From the human T2T-CHM13v2.0 reference genome, Homo sapiens, in assembly GCF_009914755.1 (NCBI RefSeq), contig NC_060932.1: DNA of 64,000 nucleotides. One strand, written 5' to 3'. Position numbers and translations under genes: made by a program. The notes below the pieces were generated by a model. The model saw only the letters and a list, made by a program, of their open reading frames with translations, was not told the origin of the DNA and ran no database searches. Below, one piece after another: positions 43,575 to 64,000 of the stretch. Every line of letters begins with the position of its first letter. The stretch's first letter is position 1.

Positions 43575-43885
43575 TGGGGTTTTGTCTTTGTTTTTGTTTT
43601 TTGAGACAGAATCTCCCTCTGTCACTCTGGCTGGAGTGCCGTGGTGCAATCTTGGCTCACTGCCAACTCTGCCTCCTGGGTTCAAGCGATTTTCCTGCCT
43701 CAGCCTCCTGAGTAGCTGGGATTACAGGCATGCACCACCATGCCAGGCTAATTTTTTGTATTTTCAGTAGAGATGGGGTTTCACCATGTTGACTAGGCCG
43801 GTCTTGAACTCTTGACCTCAAGTGATCCACCTGCCTCGGCCTCCCAAAGTGCTGGGATTACAGGTGTGAACTACCGTGCCCAGCC
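43575..43885 (-). mobile_element. AluS
   Basis: TSD TCAAACAACAGCTAT. Confidence 0.93.
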
Positions 43886-44000
43886 TCAAACAACAGCTAT
43901 TTGGATAAGACAAAGTATTCCAATAGTCCTCAGCAGTCGCAAAAACAAAAACAAAAACCCAACACTTTGGATTCCCATATTATTATGCCTTATTGCTCCT

Positions 44001-44703
44001 TGACATCATTTGGATATTTGTCCCCACCCAGTTTTCATGCTGTGGGGCCTGCTGGGAGGTGATTGGATCATGGGGGTGGATTTCTCATGAATGGTTTAGC
44101 ACCTTCCCCTTGGTGCTGTCCTTGCAATAGTGAGTGAGTTCCTGTGAGATCTGGTTGTTTAAAAGCGTGTGGCCCCGGCCGGGCGCGGTGGCTCACGCCT
44201 GTAATCCCAGCACTCTGGGAGGCTGAGGCAGGCAGATCACGAGGTCAGGAGTTCAAGACCAGCCTGGCTAACATTGTGAAACCCTGTCTCTACTAAAAAT
44301 ACAAAAATTAGCCGGGCATGGTGGCGCGAGCCTGTAATCCCGGTTACTTAGGAGGCTGAGGTAGACAACTGCTTGAATCCAAGAGGCAGAGGTTGCAGTG
44401 AGCCGAGATCATGCTGCTGCACTCCAGCCTGGGCAACAGAGTGAGACTCCGTCTCAAAAAAAATAAAAAGTGCGTGGCCTCTCCCCACTCGCTCTCTTGC
44501 CCCCCCTCTGCCATGTGGGATACCAGCTCCTGCTTCACCTCCTTCTTGGAGTAAAAGCCCCCTGAGGCCTTATAGGAAGCTGAACAGATGCTGGAGCCAT
44601 GCTTGTACAACCCGCAGAACCCTGAGCAAATTAAACCTCTTTTCTCTATAAATCACCCAGTCTCGGGTATTTCTTTATAGCATCTCAACAGTGGCTTTAC
44701 ACA
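44001..44703 (+). mobile_element. MSTA/B LTR with an Alu at 44177-44466
   Basis: ggtgattggatcatgggggtggatttctca...aattaaacctcttttctctataaatcacccagtctc; Alu TSD AAAAGYGYGTGGCC. Confidence 0.87.
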
Positions 44704-45088
44704 TTCCTTCAACCAAGGTACATTTACTCTGTCATTTTGGAAAATGATGGGTGAGATTTCAGAAGCACCCAAGAACTCACCTAGAGGTCTACCCTTAAAA
44801 CCTGATTGAGAATTTAGTTCATTCTGGTTCTTGGCTCAAGAAAGATCCTGGTAGTTTTAAGAAGGAAACAGCTTGCCACATGGGTAAGATGATTGTTCTA
44901 TATGATGGAGGATTGGATAAGAGCAAACGAGGAAGGCACAGATATGTCAGCTGAATAAAAGAAGAAAAAGTGAAAAAGGAGAGTGCAGAAAAGCTGGAGG
45001 GTGAAAGAAATCTCCTCAAAGCATAGGTCAGGTTTCTGTTTACAAGTGCATTTTTCTCCTCTCCCCCACTCAGCTCCCATTAAAAGAG

Positions 45089-45449
<361 letters not shown>

Positions 45450-45469
45450 TCATACAGCTTAAAAGCCCC

Positions 45470-47240
<1,771 letters not shown>

Positions 47241-47407
47241 AAGGAAGCCCCACAGCCCACAAGACAGGTTCCTCTCCTGGAGTTCGATGTCCCAGCTGCC
47301 CTATCTCCATGCATTGCCCTGGAATGTGATGGGTAACACATGAACCTTGCTGGAAACACAAATTATCAGTCCCACCCAGACCTCCTGAATCAGAAACTCG
47401 ACCCTTG

Positions 47408-47815
<408 letters not shown>

Positions 47816-48742
47816 TCAGGCCCCAGAAATTAGGATGTTAACATACCCACCAGGCGATTCTGATGTCCCTCAAGACTGAGAAGCACAGCACTTGGGTGAT
47901 AGAAGTGGAACAGTTAGAAGGGGTATGTTTTGAGAGCCAGGGTATGTTTTGAAGACGGAGAAAATGTGTCTTGGAAGTGGATTGGAAGTGGGGTAGACAA
48001 TGAAAGAAATCAAGAGATGAGGTTGAACAGATACTTGCTGAATGAATGAATGAATGAATGTCTTTTAAAGCTGTTCTGCTCTTAATTTTTCTTTGTTTTC
48101 CTCTTGAGTCAGGAAAAAAAAAAAAAAGCATGCCTTCTCAAGCATCAGGTTGGAGAATGGGAAACAGGCCAGGATGGTTGACGTATAATCTTTAGAAATC
48201 TGGGAACAAAGATCAAAAGAGACAAAGAAGGCCATTACATAATGGTAAAGGGATCAATTCAACAAGAAGATATAATTATCCTAAATATATATGCACCCAA
48301 TACAGGAGCACCCAGATTCATAAAGCAAGTCCTTAAAAACCTACAAAGAGACTTAGACTCCCACACAGTAATAATGTGAGATTTTAACACCACACTGTCA
48401 ACATTAGACAGATCAATGAGACAGAAGGTTAACAAGGATATCCAGGACTTGAACTCAGCTCTGCACCAAGTGGATCTAATAGACATCTACAGAGCTCTCC
48501 ACCTCAAATCAACAGAATATACATTCTTCTCAGCACCACATCGCACTTATTCCAGAATTGACCACATAGTTGGAAGTAAAGCACTCCCCAGTAAATGTAA
48601 AAGAACAAAAATTATAACAAACTGTCTATCAGACCACAGTGCAATCAAACTAGAACTCAGGATTAAGAAACTCACTCAAAACCGCACAACTATATGGAAA
48701 GTGAACAACCTGCTCCTGAATGACTACTGGGTAAATAACTAA

Positions 48743-49707
<965 letters not shown>

Positions 49708-50170
49708 TGATACAAGAGGTACAAAGAGGAGCTGGTATCATTCCTTCTGAAAATATTCCAATTAATAGAAAAAGAGAGAATCCTCCCTAACTCATTTTAT
49801 GAGGCCAGTATCATCCTGATACCAAAGCCTGGCAGAGACACAATAAAAAAAGAGAATTTTAGACCAACATCCCTGATAAACATTGATGTGAAAATCCTCA
49901 ATAAAATACTGGCAAACCGAATCCAGCAGGACATCAAAAAGCTTATCCACCACAATTAAGTAGCCTTCATCTCTGGGATGCAAGGCTGGTTCAACATATG
50001 CAAATCGATAAACGTAATCCATTATATAAACAGAACCAATGACAAAAACCACATGAATATCTCAATAGATAAAGAAAAGGCCTTCGACAAAATTCAACAG
50101 CACTTCTCGCTAAAAACTCTCAATAAACTAGGTATTGATGGAACGTATCTCAAAATAATAAGAGCTATTA

Positions 50171-50478
<308 letters not shown>

Positions 50479-50493
50479 TAATGAGCTATTTAA

Positions 50494-50847
<354 letters not shown>

Positions 50848-50964
50848 TAAGTGAACTCCCATTCACAATTGCTACAAAGAGAATAAAATACGTAGGAATC
50901 CAAATTAAAAGGGATGTGAAGGACCTCTTCAAGGAGAACTACAAACCGCTGCTCAACGAAATAA

Positions 50965-51108
<144 letters not shown>

Positions 51109-53053
51109 TAAAGTTCACATGGAACCAAAAAAGAGCCTGCATTGCCAAGTCAATCCTAAGCCAAAAGAACAAAGCTGGAGGCGACACACTACCTGACTTC
51201 AAACTATACTACAAGGCTACAGTAATCAAAACAGCATGGTACTGGTACCAAAACAGAGAGATAGACCAATGGAACAGAACAGAGCCCTCAGAAATAACAC
51301 CACACATCTACAACCATCTGATCTTTGATAAACCTGACAAAAACAAGAAATGGGGAAAGGATTCCCTATTTAATAAATGGTGCTGGGAAAACTGGCTAGC
51401 CATATGTAGAAAGCTGAAATTGGATCCCTTCCTTACACCTTATACAAAAATTAATTCAAGATGGATTACAGACTTAAATGTTAGACCTAAAACCATAAAA
51501 ACCCTAGAAGAAAACCTAGGCAATACCATTCGGGACATAGGCATGGGCAAGGACTTCATGACTGAAACACCAAAAGCAATGGCAACAAAAGCCAAAATTG
51601 ACAAACGGGATCTAATTAAACTAAAGCTTCTGCACAGCAAAAGAAACTACCATCAGAGTGAACAGGCAACCTACAGAATGGGAGAAAATTTTTGCAATCT
51701 ACCCATCTGACAAAGGGCAAATATCCAGAATCTACAAAGAACTTAAACAAATTTACAAGAAAAAAACAAACAACCCCATCAAAAAATGGGCAAAAGATAT
51801 GAACAGACACTTCTCGAAAGACATTTATGCAGCCAACATACACATTAAAAAATGCTCATCACCATTGGTCATCAGAGAAATGCAAATCAAAACCACAATG
51901 AGATGCCATCTCACACCAGTTAGAATGGTGATCATTAAAAAGTCAGGAAACAACAGATGCTGGAGAGGATGTTCAGAAATGGGAATGCTTGTACACTGTT
52001 GGTGGGAGTGTAAACTAGTTCAACCATTGTGGAAAACAGTGTGGCGATTCCTCAAGGATCCAGAACTAGAAATACCATTTGATCCAGCGATCCCATTACT
52101 GGGTATATACCCAAAGGATTATAAATCATGCTGCTATAAAGACACATGCACATGTATGTTTATTGTGGCACTATTCACAATAGCAAAAGCTTGGAACCAA
52201 CCCAAATGTCCATCAATGATAGACTGGATTAAGAAAATGCGGCACATATGCACCATGGAATACTATGAGTTCATGTCCTTTGCCAGGGACATGGATGAAG
52301 CTGGAAACCATCATTCTGAGCAAACTATCACAAGGACAGAAAACCAAACACCACATGTTCTCACTCATGGGTGGGAATTGAAAAATGAGAACACTTGGAC
52401 ACAGGGTAGAGAACATCACACATTGGGGCCTGTCGCGGGGTGGGGGGCAGGGGGAGGGATAGCATTAGGAGAAATACCTAACGTAAATGATGAGTTACTG
52501 GGTGCAGCAAACCAACATGGCACATGTATACCTATGTAACAAACCTGCACGTTGTGCCCATGTACGGGTACCTAGAAGTTAAAGTATAATAGAAAATAAT
52601 AATAAAGAAAAAAAATAAAAAATAATTTAAAAAAAAAGACATCTGGGCAAGGTAGGTTTCACACAAATGTGTACTTCCAAGACTAGCAGTGTTGAGCAGG
52701 TGGGCAGTGGAATCATACATTTGCTTCCTGGTGTCCTGATGGTCACCCACAAAGCCCACACACATGAACACACACCCCAGAGTGTTCTAAGGATGCCTCT
52801 TCTTTCTTACATACTGATGTCAGAGGGGGAATGATGTGGAATGTGGCCAGGGACTGAGGGGATTACTGGGACAAGGGACTTTCTATTTCAAAACTGGGGA
52901 AGTCCTAGGCAAACCAGGAAGCTGGGCCGCCCTACCTGTAACACGGACTTGTGGAATTTTCAAACCTAAAGAGAGCTTCGAGCTCATCTATTCTGTGGGT
53001 TCACCACTCTGGCTATGGATGAGAATTACCTGAGGAGCTTAAAAAAACAAAAA

Positions 53054-54773
<1,720 letters not shown>

Positions 54774-55962
54774 ATCAGACCAATGAAATCAGTATGTCCA
54801 GGTGCAAGGCCCAGACATTAGTACTTTCTAGAAGCTTCCCAAGAGCAGTGAGCAGCCAGGATGAAGAACAGCGGATCTAATCCAGCTTCTCTCCACGATA
54901 GGCGAGGAGTCTGATGCCACAAAAGGTTGTCTAAGGTCACACAATTATTAAGAGGCAAGCTCAGAGTTCCGGATTCTTAGGCCAGTGTCCTTTGCATAGG
55001 ACACAGTCTTTTTATAGATGTTAATTACTGACTCATTACCTGCAGTCGACCCCAGTGCTGTTAATCAGGGCAAGGCACCCACACACCACCAGTCTGGCCT
55101 TCAATAAAGCAGCGCTTTGAGCTTCCAGCAGGGTTTGTTGGGGGGTGGGGGGATCCCAGGCCTGTCCTTCTCTGCTCCCTCCTGATCTTCCTCCCCACAC
55201 TGTTCTTAGTTCAGCAGTCCCGAGGCTGATCTTTCAAATTCAGCCCTTACTCCTTGCTCAGGGATCAGATTCAGCCCCTACTCCTTGCCCAGGGATTGCC
55301 TTTGCTCTGATTTACAGACGTGGCCCCAGCAGTTTGATGGCAGCCCTCTGTCCCCTCAGCTCTGGGCGTCCATCTGCTGTGGACACTGGGGTGGCTGACC
55401 GGGGCCAGAAGCCCAATACACCCGCAGCCTGTTTGGCCCATCCACACCCAGAGTTGCTGGGACAAAGCTTCTTCAAACCCAAAGCCTATCGTGGTGGAAA
55501 AGCAGACTTTAGTGCCTGGCCAGTCTGAGCAGGACACTTCCTGGTCCTCCGACCAGGCTGCAGCCCTGAGGAACGGTGGCGGCGGCGAGGACAAAGTGTG
55601 GACGCTCCTGTCGGTCAGACAAGATGAGGGGAAGCCTCAAAAAAGAAACAACGACTGAAGGATGAAAGGAGAGGCGAGGCGCCCCTCTTCAACCAGGGGT
55701 CCCGTGCTGCACTCCGCGCCCCTCCCAGTGCCCCCCATATCTCCGGGATCTTCCTGGTCACGGGCACCCTCCTGGCACATGGTGCTTCAATGTGATCGGG
55801 CCCTGCGGCCACTAAGCCTTTCCTCCTGGTCTTTGCGGAGGTTTCACTTGGAAAAGGCGGCCAGCGCGGTCAGGGTCTGGGACCCTGGCTGCTCTCAGAG
55901 AGCCCAGGCCCTGTTCCAGACCACCGGATCAGAACTGCAGTGGAAAACAACCAGGAATTCGT

Positions 55963-56292
55963 CTTTTTCTCTTTCTTTCCTTCCTTCCCTCCCTCCTTTC
56001 TTTCTTTCCTTTCTTCTTTCTTGAGACGTACTCTCGCTCTGTCGCCAGTGGTGCGATCTCGGCTCACCTGCAACCTCTGCCTCCTGGGTTCAAGCGATTC
56101 TCCTGCCTCGGCCTCCCGAGTAGCTGGGATTACAGGCGCCCACCACCATGCCCGGCTAATTTTCGTATTTTTAGTAGAGACGGGGTTTCACCATGTCGGC
56201 CAGGCTGGTCTCGAACTCCTGACCTCAGGTAATCCGCCTGCCTCGGCCTCCCAAAGTGCTGCGATTACAGGTGTGAGCCACCGCGCCCAGCC
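55963..56292 (-). mobile_element. CpG-rich AluS with (TTCC/TTTC)n tail
   Basis: TSD GAATTCGT; short internal deletion near 56046. Confidence 0.92.
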
Positions 56293-56690
56293 GAATTCGT
56301 GTTTCTTGAAAGCTCGCCAGATGGTTGGGAAGCACAGGGAGGTTTGGGAAACGCTGCTCATGTGATCCATTTAGACGGTTTCTTTCTGTTCGAACGCTTC
56401 TTCCCGCGCACACCTGGGTTCCCCCGGGCTGCGGCCCAGCGATTGATTCCAGCTGGGTCCCGGGCACCAACTCTCCCCTTTGAGGAACGCGCGGGCCTTC
56501 TCGGCTACAGCTCTTCTGGGTTTGCGCTGCCCTCCTGGCAAGCGGTACGTGGAAGGGCAGAGCTGTTAAACCAACAGCCCATTGCCTTCCAGTGCTTAGT
56601 TTGTGATTTACTCGGGCTGTTACTACCTTTTTATTTAAAATTTGAGGAGCAAATACCGTCTGAAGCACACACCCTTTAAAGGTTAAAGGC

Positions 56691-56725
56691 CTGCAGTGTG
56701 AGGAGTGAGCCACCAGAGGGCACCC
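56691..56725 (+). promoter_or_regulatory. Predicted CTCF site with upstream module
   Basis: Core GCCACCAGAGGGCACC (56709-56724) preceded by CTGCAGTG. Confidence 0.7.
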
Positions 56726-56850
56726 GAGCCCCACAACTCACCCTGGTCTAAGGCCCCCGCAAGGCCCAGCCCAGGGAGGCCGTGCAGCGCGTCCAGGAGC
56801 CTGCGGCTTCTGAGGTCTGATCCCAGGAAAGAATTGGACACTTATTTAAA

Positions 56851-56982
56851 AGCCGGGTACGGTAGCTCACGCCTGTAATCCCAGCACTTTGGGAGGGCGA
56901 GGTGGAAGGATCTCTTGAGCTCAGGAGTTCAAGACCAGCCTGGGCAACATGGCAAGGCCCTGTCTCTGCCTAAAAAATAAAA
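56851..56982 (+). mobile_element. FLAM / Alu left monomer
   Basis: Monomer consensus with A tail. Confidence 0.85.
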
Positions 56983-57661
56983 GCCATGGTTTTCCCATCT
57001 CTACCAATAGTGAGAGGTGTGGCTATTGAAAAAATGTCATTTGTGTGGATAGAGCCCAGGAAGAAAAAGGGTTGGCTGATTGGATTAAAGTGTTATCCTG
57101 CCCAGTGGTGGATGTAATAAGATTTAAACCAAAACAATTATCTCTAGAGTGAAATTTTAGGCATCAAGAGATGAGAGGTTATTTAGGAGGGCAGTGAGAA
57201 TTTCAAATTCAGATACTTTGGATCCTGAATCCAGACCTTCTGAATCCTGTGAACGCTGACAGCATCCCTGCTCCCTCCCACAAAACCTCCCTACTGGTAG
57301 TGAGAAGAGGATCGGAGTATTTGAAATGCTGGCTGGCTTAGAGCCAGGCAGGCTACAGCAGGAATGACTGAGGTTAGACATAAGGAAGGCCCCGAGGAAG
57401 GGAGCACTGGTAAACCCTGATGGGTGACTGAGGAAGGGGGAGCTCATGGACCTCCAGAAGGCAGGGAGTGTGTTCTCTCCATGATAAACTGGCACACTCT
57501 GGTTAGTGGGATTGCTTATTAAGTATCATGGTACAGAGACGGTGAGAGCACTGGGCTGTGGGAGGTGTGGTCCCAGCCCCAATCCCGCCCCCACCTCACT
57601 GTGACTTCACCTCCCCAGGTGTTGGTGAGGAGCAGGTAACTCACAAGTAAGCTTTTTATAG

Positions 57662-58007
<346 letters not shown>

Positions 58008-59092
58008 AGGCTTCTTTTTTTCTCATCTAAACTCCTTGCTTTTTAATCTTTTCTCATAAGTCTTCCTTTCTAGATCCCGGGTCTCTCGATGTCCCCACAA
58101 TAAACATATTTAACTTCCTAACTGTGTTGTCCTAAACAAAACAGTGCCCTAAGACGGCTCCAGACAGGCTGGGGTGCTGCTAGGAGTGCCATTCGTAGGG
58201 TGACCAAGTGACTGTCAGTATCATGTAGTTGTATTCTTTGCAGTTAAGGCAATTAATTAAATAAATACCTCAATGTGATTTTGTTTTTCTAACTGTAAAA
58301 AGATATAGAAATAAAATAATAAAGCAAAAAGACATTTTGTCCCAATTCACATAAATGTGGCCAAGAACTAAGCCAATCTATCTTACCAGCATCGGCCCAG
58401 CACCCCACACTTCTGAGGTCGCTGGGTATTGTGATTCTGTCCTGCATGGTAGATAAGCGGGTACGGTTTCACACTGGAAGGGACCTTGGCAATTGGGCTG
58501 GCTCTCTTATTTTTGTTATTTGCAAATCCACTAAGTGTATCTTCCATGTCTTCAAGATGTTAAATGTGTTAGATCCACGCAGCCCACCACTAAAGACCCT
58601 CTTCCAGGCTTGACATCCGTTTGTTAATCCACACCCTTGTTTACAGTTGCTTAATTAGTTCTGAGTCCCCTTACATGTACTACAGAACCAACCACAATGC
58701 TCCTTTTTGTCCCCTTAGAGGTCATGAAATAATTTCTCAAAGTTTCTCCTTTTCTCATCATTAATACCAAAATGTCCTTTTCTTTAAAAAATCTTTTGTC
58801 TTTCCTGCCTTAATAACCTTTTTAATGGTGTTGTTTTATATTCTAAAAAGTAAAAGTTATAAAAAGCTCAGTTGAAGGGTGTTAACTCATACATCAACTG
58901 GGTGACCACAATGCTATCGTGCATGTTAGTGTGTGTGCTTGTGTGTGTGCACTGGAAGTAAGTAAAGCATTGATGGTGATTGGATTAGAATCATGGACTG
59001 TAAGTGGTCTTGAAATGTAGTATTAGGATTACACTGCTTTCATGATTACTAAATGCCAATCAGAACTTACATCTTCAATTGAAAGCACACCT

Positions 59093-59578
<486 letters not shown>

Positions 59579-60808
59579 TCAGGGTTGCACTCAAGGGGTG
59601 CAGTCCTCAGCAGGCCAGGGTTGTGTGGGACCCAGGGAGGCAGGGTCCTGTTACCAAGGCCTCCGGTATTGGCAGAATCCTGGGTCTTGGCAGAATCCTT
59701 GGCATCGGAGAAGGCAAAGAGCAACCGAGCTGTTGGCTCCATGGGACCGTGTGGGTGGGGCATGGACCCCAGCTGTGGTCAAGGCAGCCTGGAGGATACA
59801 AGACTGTGCCATATTTTGGGGACCACAAAAGGCTTCCAGATTCAGTTGCTCCCCTAGGGAGAAGGCTGCAGGGCCTGCAATGACTGAGATTGGATTTCCA
59901 GCCAGTTCCATGGAAGGCTAGCTTCATTTTATTCAATTTCTTGAAAATAAAGGTGAAACTTCCTGTACACTTGGATTGGCGGTGGCTGATTTACTCCTGA
60001 GACCATTACAAATTCTCAGCAGGCTGGGAGCACAGTTGAGATGGATAGGAGGAAATCAGTGCGTGGCTCCTTCCTTCCTCCTTGCATTCCCACAACGTTC
60101 TCAAGCATTTGCAGGTGTCAGGCCCTGGACACAGAGAGATACAGAGGAGACTCCAGAGGGCTGGAGACCAAGCCCTCCTGCAGGAGCTGGTGGTCTAGGA
60201 AGGGAGGCCAGGCAGGGCAGTGACATTGTGATGTGAGGGGCTCTGAGACAGGGGCCCTGAGGAACAGACAGGGCTCAAGAGCTCAGGGTCCCGGGGTCCT
60301 GGGCTAGACCTCTTTTCCACACATGATGCCTCCTTACCGAGCACCCTCTGGGTGTCTCAAACTCACTAATGGCACACAGAGGAGGGTTAAATTAAGAAAT
60401 TTAAAAATTGGACTAAATCACTGCCGCTAAGACAGAATTCCTCCATGCCCTGGAGTGGGTTCCTCCAGCACTCAGTTCCCAACCAGATAGGTCTTGGCTC
60501 CCACCTGGCCCTCTTGTCTGTCTAGCCCTGACTTTGTACTTGCCATTCATTTGATGTATCATGCATTTATCAAGGGCCCTCTGGGTGTGCACAGCACTGA
60601 ACTAGATGAAATCTGATCAACTGTGAAGAAGAAAGGATGGTGTTATTAGTGTCCAAGTCTCATACATAAAACACCACTAACCTCCCACCCTACTGTCCCC
60701 TGCAGTGACCAGAAGGTGGGCCTGGTGGGGTCAAGGGAGCCACAGAGAATGTGCTGATATTAACACATGTGGGAACCAGCAGAATAGGGAGGCTCCAGGA
60801 CATACTCA

Positions 60809-61264
<456 letters not shown>

Positions 61265-61319
61265 TCAGAAGTTGTCTAGTTTCATCCTTTCTCCAGTGCC
61301 CCGCATCTCTTGCAAGGGA

Positions 61320-61460
61320 GTAAATTAATAAGTCAGGAGTTAGGACCCAGAGATATGTTTTAGACTTACACGATCTGACAGCTGACTGCAAATCAATGAA
61401 GTGCACTTTGAGAAGCGGCACACTCGGCGAGAGGGGTTGAGATTGTTTTATTCCACTCCA
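61320..61460 (+). promoter_or_regulatory. CHRNB3: CHRNB3 core promoter region (no obvious TATA; E-box plus CAAT)
   Basis: CAGCTG at 61379-61384 and CAAT at 61394-61397, in unique DNA about 200 bp 5' of the ATG; TSS not determinable from sequence. Confidence 0.65.
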
Positions 61461-61590
61461 GGTGTTGCTGTCCTCTTGGGTTCCACTTCGGATTTTGAAC
61501 CCCTGTATTTTCTTTTCAAAACCCCCTTTTCCAATGGAAATGCTCTGTTGTTAAAAAGGAAGAAACTGTCTTTCTGAAACTGACATCACG

Positions 61591-61642
61591 ATGCTCCCAG
61601 ATTTTATGCTGGTTCTCATCGTCCTTGGCATCCCTTCCTCAG
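61591..61642 (+). CDS. CHRNB3: Neuronal nicotinic acetylcholine receptor beta-3 subunit, coding part of exon 1 (signal peptide)
   Basis: ATG with A at -3; translates MLPDFMLVLIVLGIPSS plus 1 nt, which I recognise as the CHRNB3 N-terminus; consensus donor CAG|GTAAGC, phase 1. Confidence 0.95.

Positions 61643-64000
<2,358 letters not shown>

Overview
Primate (almost certainly human or hominid) genomic DNA that is very rich in repeats: roughly 55-60 Alu copies or fragments, plus L1, L2, MIR, LTR and DNA-transposon fossils. The only protein-coding sequence I can support is a 52-nt first coding exon at 61591-61642 (MLPDFMLVLIVLGIPSS, then a GTAAG donor). I recognise it as the signal peptide of the nicotinic receptor beta-3 subunit CHRNB3, so the window is about 61 kb of 5' flank plus the start of intron 1; the ORF track misses this exon. 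All long ORFs in the track are explained by repeats. Largest fossils: a near full-length Tigger4/Zombi transposon (7365-11621) with a readable Jerky-like transposase, a 5'-truncated L1PA (48205-52636), and an intact solo LTR12C (53374-54773) pointing at CHRNB3. The best leads are regulatory and lie in the last 11 kb: LTR12C, a CpG-rich block, an extended CTCF site, an E-box/CAAT core promoter, and a 6-codon uORF overlapping an octamer-like site. I found no CRISPR array, RNA gene or new multi-gene system. Repeat subfamily names come from recalled consensus sequences and need RepeatMasker/Dfam confirmation; boundaries are approximate unless a target-site duplication (TSD) is quoted.
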